Program-made: the position numbers and the translations under genes
In this document: in pieces, positions 51,197 to 59,704 of the stretch
Layout: each line of letters starts with the position of its first letter
How positions within the stretch are numbered: position 1 is the first letter of the stretch
Notes under the pieces: model-generated
The model's database searches: none
Seen by the model: only the letters and a program-made list of their open reading frames with translations
What the model was told of the DNA's origin: nothing
Assembly (NCBI GenBank): GCA_009773155.1
Contig: WOVA01000001.1
Coordinates: 104,035-168,034, forward strand
Direction: 5' to 3'
Source of the DNA: Elusimicrobiota bacterium
GTDB lineage: Bacteria; Elusimicrobiota; Elusimicrobia; Elusimicrobiales; UBA9959
DNA length: 64,000 bases

Positions 51197-52336
51197 GTGA
51201 AGCGCCTACGGAAAAAGACCATCGTCGTCTACGGCGGGACTTTCGACCCTCCCCACCGGGGACATATGCTGCTGCTGGCCGCCGCGGCGCGCCGGCTGCG
51301 GCCGGACAGGACGCTGCTGCTACCGGCCCTGCGCTCCCCGCTGAAGGAGGAGCCGACGGAGCCTTTCTCCGACAGGGCCGACATGCTGCGCGCCGCGGCC
51401 GCGGCCGCGCGCGTGCCGGCGGAGATAAGCCTGTTCGAGAAGCGCCGCGGCGCGACCACCTATACCTGGCAGGCGCTGGAATACTTCCGGGGGCGGTATC
51501 CGGGCGCGGAGATATATTTCCTGATGGGTTCCGACTGCCTGCCCGGGTTCTCACGCTGGCGCCGTCCCGAAAGGATACTCGCCGCCGCGCGTCTGCTCGT
51601 CGGACGGAGGTCCGGGTTCCCGGCGGGAGCCGGTAAGGAACATTCCCCCCTCTTCCTGAAAGGGACCTTTCCCGCGATATCCTCCACCGCGCTGCGCGCC
51701 GGGCTCTATTGCGGCGCCGCGCCCGCCTGCGTTCCGCCGGCCGCCGCGCGGATAATAAAGGAGAGAGGCCTCTACCTGGGCCGCCTCAGGGAAAAAGTCC
51801 TGTCCCGGCTGGGGCCTAAGCGCGCGGCCCATACGCTGGCCTGCGCCCGGCTGGCCTGCGATATAGCCGCCGCCCGCGGCGCCGACGTCCGCGCGGCCGC
51901 CGTCGCCGCTCTGATACACGATTACGCCAAGGAGCTGGCGCCGCGCCGTCTGGAGCGGCTCTGCCGCTCTACGGGGCTGGCCGTACCGTGCCTGGAAGAG
52001 ACCGTCCGGCACGCGCCGCAGCTGCTGCATTCCTGGGTCTCCGCCCACCTGGCCCGGCGCGAACTGGGCGTCGGCGATCCGGTCATCCTGCGGGCGGCCG
52101 CCCGGCACAGTCTCGGTCACCCGTCCATGGGCGAACTGGACAAGATTATCTTCGTCGCCGACCTGGCCGCGCCGGACAGGACTTACCCCGGCGCCGCCGC
52201 GCTGCGCCGGCTGGCCCTGCGCGACCTGGACGCCGCGGCCGCGCTCGGTGCCAGGATGAAGACCGAATGGCTGCGCCTCGCGGGCAGGTGGATACATCCT
52301 CTCGGATTTAAGACATGCCTGAAACTGAACTCCTGA
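51197..52336 (+). CDS. nadD: Fusion of nicotinate-nucleotide adenylyltransferase (NadD) and YqeK-type HD phosphohydrolase
   Basis: GGTFDPPHRGH plus the ISSTALR motif in the N-terminal half. HD-domain signature HTLACARLA...ALIHDYAKE in the C-terminal half. GTG start. Confidence 0.8.
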   Translation: MKRLRKKTIVVYGGTFDPPHRGHMLLLAAAARRLRPDRTLLLPALRSPLKEEPTEPFSDRADMLRAAAAAARVPAEISLFEKRRGATTYTWQALEYFRGRYPGAEIYFLMGSDCLPGFSRWRRPERILAAARLLVGRRSGFPAGAGKEHSPLFLKGTFPAISSTALRAGLYCGAAPACVPPAAARIIKERGLYLGRLREKVLSRLGPKRAAHTLACARLACDIAAARGADVRAAAVAALIHDYAKELAPRRLERLCRSTGLAVPCLEETVRHAPQLLHSWVSAHLARRELGVGDPVILRAAARHSLGHPSMGELDKIIFVADLAAPDRTYPGAAALRRLALRDLDAAAALGARMKTEWLRLAGRWIHPLGFKTCLKLNS

Positions 52337-53169
52337 AGGGCCGCCGCGAATGGCCGGCCAGGCTGACGCTGGCGGTCTTTCTCGCCGCCGCCGGCTGGAC
52401 CGCGCTGCTGCACAGCCGCTCTCCCTTCGCCTCCGCCGTATCCTCCGGCCGGCCTTTCGCTTTCGCGCTGGCCGACGCGGAGGCCCCCGGCGTGGCCGTT
52501 TACAGGCCCTCCTCACGCACGCTGGAGCTCTTCCACCTGCCGCGCCGCGCCGCCGGCAACCGGCGGTCAGACGCTTCCGCCGCCGCGGCTTCCATAGAAG
52601 TTTTTTACGGGGAGGCCGGCGGAGAGCCGGCGCTCAGCGGCTTTTACGCGGACCTCTCCCCCGCGCGCCTGGAGGCCCTGCTGCGCGGTCTCGCGTCCTG
52701 GCGGACTTCTCCCCGCGCGCTGGCGTCCGCGGCCCGGGACGCGAAGCCCCGGACCAACTTCGGGCCGTACTGCGCCGCCGCGCTGGCCTTCGAGGCCCTC
52801 TCGCTGGCGCCTTCCCGGCTCGTGATCTCACAGGCCGGCGCCCTGCTCAAAGACCAGCCCTCCTGGACGGGAGAGGCGGGCGGCGTGACCGCGCAGGTCC
52901 TCAACGCCTCCGGCCGGCGCGGTGCCGCGGACGCGGTCACCCGGCGCCTGCGTTCCAGGGGGATAGACGTCATCGATTACGGGAATTATGTTTCTGTCCA
53001 GCCGCGGACAAAAATTGTAAACTGTTCGGGCGGTGTAGAGGGGGCGCGCCGGGTGCGCGAGCTGCTGGGACTGGGAGGCCTGGAAATATACTCAAAACCC
53101 GAGAAGAACCCGGTGGCCGGGGTCAGGGTCATAATAGGCCTTGATTTCGACCCGGCGACCCTGAAATAG
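52315..53169 (+). CDS. Membrane-anchored LytR_C-domain protein
   Basis: N-terminal TM (LTLAVFLAAAGWTALL). C-terminal VTAQVLNASGRRGAADAVTRRLRSRGIDV...G pattern of the LytR C-terminal domain. Confidence 0.55.
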   Translation: MPETELLKGRREWPARLTLAVFLAAAGWTALLHSRSPFASAVSSGRPFAFALADAEAPGVAVYRPSSRTLELFHLPRRAAGNRRSDASAAAASIEVFYGEAGGEPALSGFYADLSPARLEALLRGLASWRTSPRALASAARDAKPRTNFGPYCAAALAFEALSLAPSRLVISQAGALLKDQPSWTGEAGGVTAQVLNASGRRGAADAVTRRLRSRGIDVIDYGNYVSVQPRTKIVNCSGGVEGARRVRELLGLGGLEIYSKPEKNPVAGVRVIIGLDFDPATLK

Positions 53170-53200
53170 AGCCCCCACCGGGAGAACGGGAGGTTAAGAT

Positions 53201-54295
53201 ATGTCCGACATGGTCACCATACTCAAGACGGCGGTCTCGGCCGGCGCCAGCGATATCCATATCTGCGTGGGCAAGCCGCCGATGATGCGCCTTAATGGCC
53301 AGGTTATACCGGTCTCCGACGCCATGCCGGCGCTGACGGCCGAGCAGACCAAGACGCTGGTCTATTCCGCCCTCTACGACGAGCAGCGCGGAAAGTTCGA
53401 GGAGAACTGGGAGCTCGACTGCTCCTTCGCCATCACCGGCGTCTCCCGCTTCCGCCTCAACGTCCTGATGGCCCGCAACGGCGTAGAGTCCGTCATGCGC
53501 GTCATCCCGTCCCTGATCCCCACGCCCGAGCAGCTGGGCCTGAGCCCGGCGATAATAGGGCTGGCCAATATCCCGCGCGGGCTGGTGCTGGTCACCGGCC
53601 CTACGGGCTCCGGCAAGTCCACCACGCTGGCCGCGATGCTGGAGCTCATCAACCAGAAGCGCAAGGGGCATATGCTCACCATCGAGGACCCGATAGAGTT
53701 CACCTACGAGGCCAAGAGCTGCATCATCCGCCAGCGCGAGATAGGCCAGCACACCAAGAGCTTCAACAACGCGCTGCGCGGCGCGCTGCGCCAGGACCCC
53801 AATGTCATTCTCGTCGGTGAAATGCGCGATCTCGAGACGATACAACTCACGATCACCGCCGCCGAGACCGGCCACCTGACCTTCGCCACGCTGCACACCC
53901 AGGACGCGCCGTCCACCGTGGACCGCATCATCGACGTGTTCCCGCCGCATCAGCAGACGCAGGTGCGCGTGCAGCTGGCCGCCGGCCTTCAGGGCGTGGT
54001 AGCGCAGATCCTGCTGCCGCGCAAGGACGGAAAGGGCCGCGCCGCCGCGCGCGAGGTCATGATCATGACGCCGGCCATCTCCAACCTCATCCGCGAAGGC
54101 AAGACGCATATGATCTATAGCGCCATCGAGACGGGCGCCAAGTTCGGCATGATACCCATGGACCGCTCGCTGTCCATGCTGGTGCAGCAGGGCATAGTCA
54201 CCTACGAAGTGGCCGAGGCCAAGTCCCGCGACAGGGAAATGTTCAAAAAGATGTGCTCGCAGGTCTCCGGCGCGGCCGCGGGAGGCGGCTTATGA
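53201..54295 (+). CDS. pilT: Type IV pilus retraction ATPase PilT
   Basis: ASDIHI, Walker A GPTGSGKST, the Asp/His boxes, and the AIRNLIRE-like ISNLIREGK motif. Confidence 0.9.
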   Translation: MSDMVTILKTAVSAGASDIHICVGKPPMMRLNGQVIPVSDAMPALTAEQTKTLVYSALYDEQRGKFEENWELDCSFAITGVSRFRLNVLMARNGVESVMRVIPSLIPTPEQLGLSPAIIGLANIPRGLVLVTGPTGSGKSTTLAAMLELINQKRKGHMLTIEDPIEFTYEAKSCIIRQREIGQHTKSFNNALRGALRQDPNVILVGEMRDLETIQLTITAAETGHLTFATLHTQDAPSTVDRIIDVFPPHQQTQVRVQLAAGLQGVVAQILLPRKDGKGRAAAREVMIMTPAISNLIREGKTHMIYSAIETGAKFGMIPMDRSLSMLVQQGIVTYEVAEAKSRDREMFKKMCSQVSGAAAGGGL

Positions 54296-55179
54296 GCAAT
54301 AAGGGAGACCTGCGGAACGTCCCTATCTTCCGGAACTTCACCGACGAGATGCTCGCCCAGTTCTCGGAGACTTTCAAGCAGTCCTTCTACAAGAAGGACG
54401 AGGTAATCTTCCGGGAGCGCAGCGAGGGAGACACGCTGTTCATCATCGTCTCGGGCTCGGTGACCATAGAGAAGAAGCTCGACGACGAAGGGAAGGCCTT
54501 TAAGACGCTGGCGATACTGAGCGCCGGGGAATTCTTCGGAGAGATGGCCGTGCTCGAGGGGCAGACCCGCTTCGCGCAGTCCCGCGCCGAGACCGACACC
54601 GTGCTCTACGAGGTGAGGAGGACGGAGTTCTTCGGCTTCATAAAGGACCACCCGGACAACGGCATCTCCATCTTCACCGAGATCATGAAGTCCGTGCTGC
54701 GCCGCCTGCAGCACACCTCCAGCGAACTGACCATGCTCTACGACATGAGCAAACTGGTGCTGCGCGAATACCGCTCCTCGCGGGAGTTCCTGGCCGAGGT
54801 GCTCGACGAGGTCTACACCCATTTCGAAGGCAGCTGGAACATCAGCGTGTTCGCCTACAACCAGTTCAACGAGGAGTTCGACGAGGCCGGCACCCGCTCG
54901 ACCTTCGACGAAGCCCCGGAAAAACTGGCGGCCGCGCCGCCGGAGGAGAGCGCCTGGACCGCCCCTAACGCCTATGTGGTCGTTTTCAGGGGGCACAAGG
55001 GCCCGCTGGGCTACATGCGCTTCGCCAGGCCGGCCGATTTTACCGACACCGAGAAGAACTCGCTGTCCACTATATTCGGCACGCTGTCCTCGATAATCTC
55101 CTCGGCGGTGGAGAATATCGAACACCAGGCAGAGGCGGCGCTAATGCGGAAGCTCAAGGAGCAGAAGGACACCATATGA
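54292..55179 (+). CDS. Cyclic-nucleotide-binding domain protein with uncharacterised C-terminal domain
   Basis: ATGA overlap with pilT. CAP_ED pattern VPIFRNF...GEFFGEMAVLEG...R.A... Confidence 0.75.
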   Translation: MSNKGDLRNVPIFRNFTDEMLAQFSETFKQSFYKKDEVIFRERSEGDTLFIIVSGSVTIEKKLDDEGKAFKTLAILSAGEFFGEMAVLEGQTRFAQSRAETDTVLYEVRRTEFFGFIKDHPDNGISIFTEIMKSVLRRLQHTSSELTMLYDMSKLVLREYRSSREFLAEVLDEVYTHFEGSWNISVFAYNQFNEEFDEAGTRSTFDEAPEKLAAAPPEESAWTAPNAYVVVFRGHKGPLGYMRFARPADFTDTEKNSLSTIFGTLSSIISSAVENIEHQAEAALMRKLKEQKDTI

Positions 55180-55715
55180 ACGACAACAAACTCAGATTCA
55201 GGAAACTGGCGGCGGCCGCCGCCCGGCTGGCCGACTCAAAGAAAGCCGCCGACGTAAAAATATACGACATAGCCAATAAGTCCGACGCGGCCTATTTCGC
55301 GCTGCTCTCCACGGTGGAGTCGCAGCCGCAGATGAGGGCGGTCGAGGACGAGATCTCGGTGGAGCTCAAGCGCGTCGAGGGAGTTCACGCCCTGCACCGC
55401 GACGGTCTGCTGAGCCGCACCTGGAAGGTCATCGACTACGGCGGCCTCGTCGTGCACGTCTTCGAGCCCTCCGCCCGCGGTTTCTACGCGCTGGACAGGC
55501 TCTACGAGGACTGCGCCCTGGTGGACTGGCAGGATAAACCCGCCAGCAAGCCCGCGGCGAAGGAAGTCCCGGCGAAGAAAGCCACGGCGAAGAAAACCCC
55601 GGTTAAAAAAGTTTCGGTCAAAAAGGCCGCGGTCAAAAAAGCCGCCCCCCGGCCCGTCGCAGAGCTCCGGGCACCGACCGCGGCGAAAGCCGCCCTGATC
55701 CGGAAAAAGAAATAG
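55176..55715 (+). CDS. rsfS: Ribosome silencing factor RsfS with Lys/Ala/Pro-rich C-terminal extension
   Basis: Core YFALLSTVESQPQMRAVEDEI...WKVIDYGGLVVHVF...FYALDRLY. From residue 121 onward, KPASKPAAKEVPAKKATAKKTPVKKVSVKKAAVKKAA... Confidence 0.8.
   Translation: MNDNKLRFRKLAAAAARLADSKKAADVKIYDIANKSDAAYFALLSTVESQPQMRAVEDEISVELKRVEGVHALHRDGLLSRTWKVIDYGGLVVHVFEPSARGFYALDRLYEDCALVDWQDKPASKPAAKEVPAKKATAKKTPVKKVSVKKAAVKKAAPRPVAELRAPTAAKAALIRKKK
55649..55703 (+). repeat. 55-nt GC-rich structured repeat, copy A (inside the 3' end of rsfS)
   Basis: ccggcccgtcgcagagctccgggcaccgaccgcggcgaaagccgccctgatccgg. 51/55 identical to copy B by my manual alignment. Confidence 0.85.
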
Positions 55716-55716
55716 C

Positions 55717-57378
55717 ATGAGGCTGCGCGCTCTTGAAGACTCTCTCCGGGAGAGCGCCGGCCGCGCCTTCGGACTGACCCGGGAAGAACTCTCCTCGCTG
55801 GCCGTGGCGCCGCCGCCCGGCCATATCGACGCCGACGCCTCCGTGTCCTGGCCGATCTCGGCCGCCAAAACACTGCGCAAGCCGCCGCTGAAAATAGCCG
55901 AGGAACTGAGGGACGCGCTGCCGCCGGAACTCGCGGCCGGCGCCGTGCCCCCCGGCTTCGTCAACCTTAAGCTGGCCGACGGCTTCCTGCTGGATTCCCT
56001 GCGCGACATAACGGAGAATCCCTCCTATTTCCACCGGCCTGAATACGCGGCCGAGCATATCAATCTGGAATTCGTCTCAGCCAACCCCACCGGGCCGCTG
56101 CACCTGGCCTCGGGCCGCGGCGCCACGCTGGGCGACAGCCTGGCCCGCATCTTCCGCGCGCTGGGCGCGAAGGTCTCGGAGGAATTCTACGTCAACGACA
56201 AGGGCCGGCAGGTGGAGATGCTGGGTCTTTCGCTCAAGGCGCGCTTCGAGGGCAAGGATCCCCCGGAGGACGGCTATCACGGCGACTATCTTAAAGACCT
56301 AGCCGCCGGCGCGCCGGCGGACGCCGCGTCCTGGGACGCCCCGAAGTTCTCGGAGTACGCGATTACGGAGATGCTCAAACTCCATAGGGCCGACATGGCG
56401 GCCTTCCGCGTGGAGTTCGACCGCTGGTTCCTGGAATCGGAACTGCACGCGGCCGACGCCCCGGCGAAGGCCCTCTCCGGGTTGCGCGCCCGCGGCATGG
56501 CCTATGACAAGGAGGGCGCCGTCTGGTTCGGCGCCGCCTCGGAACTGGAATCAGACGACAAGGACCGCGTGCTGGTCAAATCCGGCGGCGCCAACACCTA
56601 TTTCCTCAACGACATCGCCTACCACCTCGACAAACTCTCGCGCGGTTTCACGCGGCTGATAGACGTCTGGGGGGCGGACCATCACGGTTACGTGCCGCGC
56701 ATGGAGGCCGCCGTCGGCGCGCTGGCCGGCCCGTCGCAGAGCTCCGGGCACCGACCGCGGGCAATGCCGCCCTGTTCCGGCGCGACAGAGAAGTTCAAGG
56801 TGGTGATCCACCAGCAGGTGGCGCTCAAGCGCGGAGCAGAGCTGGTCAAGATGTCCAAGCGCGCCGGAGAGTTCATCCCGCTAAAGGAACTCGTGGACGA
56901 GGTGGGGACCGACGCCTGCCGCTTCTTCTTCGCCTCGCGCGGCCCCAACACCCATCTCACCTTCGACGTGGACCTGGCCAAGAAGCGGTCCAACGAGAAC
57001 CCGGTCTTCTACGTTCAGTACGTGCACGCGCGCATCAGTTCCATCTTCGCCAACGCGGCGGAGAAGGGCGTGGACCCGGCCGCCGCTTTCGATCCCGCGG
57101 CCGTGAAGTTCAACCCCGAGGAGCGGGCGCTTGCGATGAAGCTGCTGTGGCTGGAAAAAACGCTCTCTGACTGCGCGCGGGACTATTCCCCGCATCACCT
57201 GACCACCTACCTGACGGAACTGGCCTCGCTGTTCCATTCTTTCTATGACAAACACAAGGTGCTCGATCCGCAGACCCCGCAGGTTACGGCCTTCCGCCTT
57301 TTCCTGCTGGAGGCCGTGCGCAAAGTCATAGCCGACACGCTGGGCCTGCTCGGCGTCTCGGCTCCCGAGCGGATGTAG
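55717..57378 (+). CDS. argS: Arginine--tRNA ligase (carries an in-frame repeat insertion)
   Basis: SANPTGPLHLASGRG (HIGH-type) and the VKMSKRAG (KMSK) motif. 553 aa. Confidence 0.95.
   Translation: MRLRALEDSLRESAGRAFGLTREELSSLAVAPPPGHIDADASVSWPISAAKTLRKPPLKIAEELRDALPPELAAGAVPPGFVNLKLADGFLLDSLRDITENPSYFHRPEYAAEHINLEFVSANPTGPLHLASGRGATLGDSLARIFRALGAKVSEEFYVNDKGRQVEMLGLSLKARFEGKDPPEDGYHGDYLKDLAAGAPADAASWDAPKFSEYAITEMLKLHRADMAAFRVEFDRWFLESELHAADAPAKALSGLRARGMAYDKEGAVWFGAASELESDDKDRVLVKSGGANTYFLNDIAYHLDKLSRGFTRLIDVWGADHHGYVPRMEAAVGALAGPSQSSGHRPRAMPPCSGATEKFKVVIHQQVALKRGAELVKMSKRAGEFIPLKELVDEVGTDACRFFFASRGPNTHLTFDVDLAKKRSNENPVFYVQYVHARISSIFANAAEKGVDPAAAFDPAAVKFNPEERALAMKLLWLEKTLSDCARDYSPHHLTTYLTELASLFHSFYDKHKVLDPQTPQVTAFRLFLLEAVRKVIADTLGLLGVSAPERM
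56726..56788 (+). repeat. 55-nt GC-rich structured repeat, copy B (in frame inside argS)
   Basis: ccggcccgtcgcagagctccgggcaccgaccgcgggcaatgccgccctgttccgg plus cgcgacag. Translated as ..GPSQSSGHRPRAMPPCSGAT.. between conserved ArgRS blocks. Confidence 0.85.
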
Positions 57379-57400
57379 AAAAGGGTTCCGGTACAAAAAG

Positions 57401-57430
57401 AAGGGCCGCCCCGGGGGCGGCCCTTTCATT
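57401..57430. terminator. Bidirectional rho-independent terminator after argS
   Basis: aagggccgcc / ggcggccctt 10-bp stem with loop ccggg. An A-run precedes it and tttcattt follows. Confidence 0.55.
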
Positions 57431-57450
57431 TCGCTGGGAGCAGCGGCGAG

Positions 57451-57702
57451 CTATCCGACGCCGGCGCCGGTCTTATCATCCTTTTTTTTGCCGCCCCGGT
57501 CTTCGTCGGCCAGTTCTTTCAGCAGCGGGTCTTCCGGCCGCCAGCCGCAGGCGAGCCGCGAGACTACGAGCAGAAGGCCCCCGGCCAAGGTCAGCAACAA
57601 GAAGAATTTATAGAGCCCGCCGCCGCGGACCGGGGCGAGCTCCATTCCTATCACGCCGGCTCCCAGCAGCGGAACACCGGCCCATAACATTATCTTTTTC
57701 AT
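57451..57702 (-). CDS. Small two-TM membrane protein with acidic/basic tail
   Basis: 83-aa ORF with two hydrophobic helices. No family recognised. Confidence 0.45.
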   Translation of the reverse strand: MKKIMLWAGVPLLGAGVIGMELAPVRGGGLYKFFLLLTLAGGLLLVVSRLACGWRPEDPLLKELADEDRGGKKKDDKTGAGVG

Positions 57703-57724
57703 CGCGCGGATATGGCGGCGCAGT

Positions 57725-59704
57725 TCACCTGAAGTCCGTCACCCCGTACTCGCCGGGTCGCAGCCCCCCGGTCCGGCCGTCCGGCAGGGTGAACTGGGTG
57801 TATTGCCGGGTAATGTTCCCGATAACGGCTTTGGCGCGCCCGGGATAAGTGGAGGAGCGCATCACATAGCCCGTCCAGGTCTGTCCGCCCGGAGCCCAGA
57901 GCGGCTCTATAGTATAGTCGCCCAGTTCCTTCCTGACCGAGGCCGAAAGGGACAGTATCTCCTGGTAGGTCTTCCTTACCTCCGGCTTGCCGCCCTGCCA
58001 GTCTATGGCGCAGGGTACGCTGAAAGGCAGAGGTTTATGCTCGGCGGGCACGGCGGCGTCGTAGCCGATCTCGGCGCCGTTGTACATCAGCGTCGAGCCG
58101 GGATAGAGGAAGGTGAGCGCCAGGGCGGCCGGCAGGCGCTCGCCGTAGACGCGCTCGGGAGCGGGCTCGTCGTGATTGCCCGTGAAGGCCACGGCGCCGG
58201 CGCCGCCCGACTGCCAGGCCAGGAAGGCGAGCCTGTTCATCGCGCTGGCCAGCTCATGAGGGCTGCCGTGCTCCATCGCCTGGTACCAGCCGGTCTGGCC
58301 TTCTTCGCGCCCGGTCTCGAACTTGCTGTATATCACGTCGAAGCCGCAGGCGGAGAGGTCTTCCTGGAAAGAGTAGGCCTCGGCCATGAAGGCGGTCGAA
58401 GGCTTGGCGGCCTTGACCGTCCCTATGAGGCCGCGGTAGAATTCGTCGCGCGGCATGGTCCGGCCCCAGGTGCGGCCGAAGACATTGTTGAGGTCCAGGT
58501 GCGCCATATCCACGCGGAAGCCGTCCACGTTGAACTTCGTCACCCAGCCCTTGACTATCTCCGTCATCCTGGCGCGCAGTCTGACGTTGGAATAATCAAT
58601 CTGCGCGGTGTCTATCCAGTCGGAGACGCCGCCGCCGTACCAGAAGCCGCCGTGGTGGATGCACCAGCGCTCGCCGCCGTGCCGCTGCTCGAAATGCTGG
58701 TTAGGGCAGGCGCCGGACGGCCGCCGGTGACCGATGAAGTAGGCCGGATCCTCGAAGAGCAGCTTCGCGTCCATCGAGGTGTGGTTGACCACGAAGTCCA
58801 CTATGACCCGCAGTCCCGCGGCATGGGCGTTCTTCACGAAGCGCCGGAAATCCTCCTCGGTGCCGAGGTCGGGGTTAACGGTGGAATGATCGCTGATGGA
58901 GTACACCGATCCGCCGCCGGTGCCGGTCTGGCCGCGCACGCCTATCGGGAATATACCCATAGGCCAGACCGTGTCGAACCCCATCCTCTTTATCGCATCA
59001 AAGTCGGAGGGGCGGAAATCCCTGAAGAAAACGGTCCCGCCCGCTCCGGACTGGGACTTTACTCCCGCCTCGCGCCGCCCGGCCAGGTTATAGGCACGGG
59101 GGAAGATCTGGTAGACGCGGGCCTTCTTCGCCCAGAGGGAGGCGTCGTAACGGCGCACATTGTCCTGCAGCCCGGCGACGTAATAATCGAGCATCTCGTT
59201 GAGGCGGGCGTTCTTTTCCGCCGCGGGCAGCGTGGAGCCGCCCAGCTCTTTGAGCGCCGAACGCAGCTCGGCGGTCCAGGCCACGGGGGCCAGCAGGGCG
59301 TCGAGGTAACTGAAATAGTCGGGCAGGTGATGGAGGAAGGTGTCCGCGCCGAAGCGGCCCTCGAGCTCCTTTTTGGTCCAGAGGAAGCCCTCCAGCCCCA
59401 CGCCCTGGGCCTGGGTAGTCCAGCCTCCGGGATGGCGGAAGAGAAAGTGGCGCATTTCCGGGGTAGAGCCGTTCCAGGCTCCCGCGGAGAGGACCTGCCT
59501 GGTCTCCAGGAGGAATTCCATCGCCGCCGAATTTTTTTCCGGAGGCCGCGGTATCTCTATGGCCGGCGCCGCGCCGTTGCCGTCGAACAGCGCCGCCGCC
59601 CGCGCGCGCAGCGCTTCCGGCTGCGCCGCCGGCAGGACGGCCGGGAACAGCGCCGTCAGCAGCAGGGCGGGCAGCAGTGGGATTAAAAGGTTCTTTTTGA
59701 TCAT
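57725..59704 (-). CDS. Secreted alpha-amylase-family glycoside hydrolase (GH13)
   Basis: Signal peptide. Conserved regions VIVDFVVNHTS, GFRVDMAHL, AEAY and FTGNHD. Confidence 0.85.
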   Translation of the reverse strand: MIKKNLLIPLLPALLLTALFPAVLPAAQPEALRARAAALFDGNGAAPAIEIPRPPEKNSAAMEFLLETRQVLSAGAWNGSTPEMRHFLFRHPGGWTTQAQGVGLEGFLWTKKELEGRFGADTFLHHLPDYFSYLDALLAPVAWTAELRSALKELGGSTLPAAEKNARLNEMLDYYVAGLQDNVRRYDASLWAKKARVYQIFPRAYNLAGRREAGVKSQSGAGGTVFFRDFRPSDFDAIKRMGFDTVWPMGIFPIGVRGQTGTGGGSVYSISDHSTVNPDLGTEEDFRRFVKNAHAAGLRVIVDFVVNHTSMDAKLLFEDPAYFIGHRRPSGACPNQHFEQRHGGERWCIHHGGFWYGGGVSDWIDTAQIDYSNVRLRARMTEIVKGWVTKFNVDGFRVDMAHLDLNNVFGRTWGRTMPRDEFYRGLIGTVKAAKPSTAFMAEAYSFQEDLSACGFDVIYSKFETGREEGQTGWYQAMEHGSPHELASAMNRLAFLAWQSGGAGAVAFTGNHDEPAPERVYGERLPAALALTFLYPGSTLMYNGAEIGYDAAVPAEHKPLPFSVPCAIDWQGGKPEVRKTYQEILSLSASVRKELGDYTIEPLWAPGGQTWTGYVMRSSTYPGRAKAVIGNITRQYTQFTLPDGRTGGLRPGEYGVTDFR

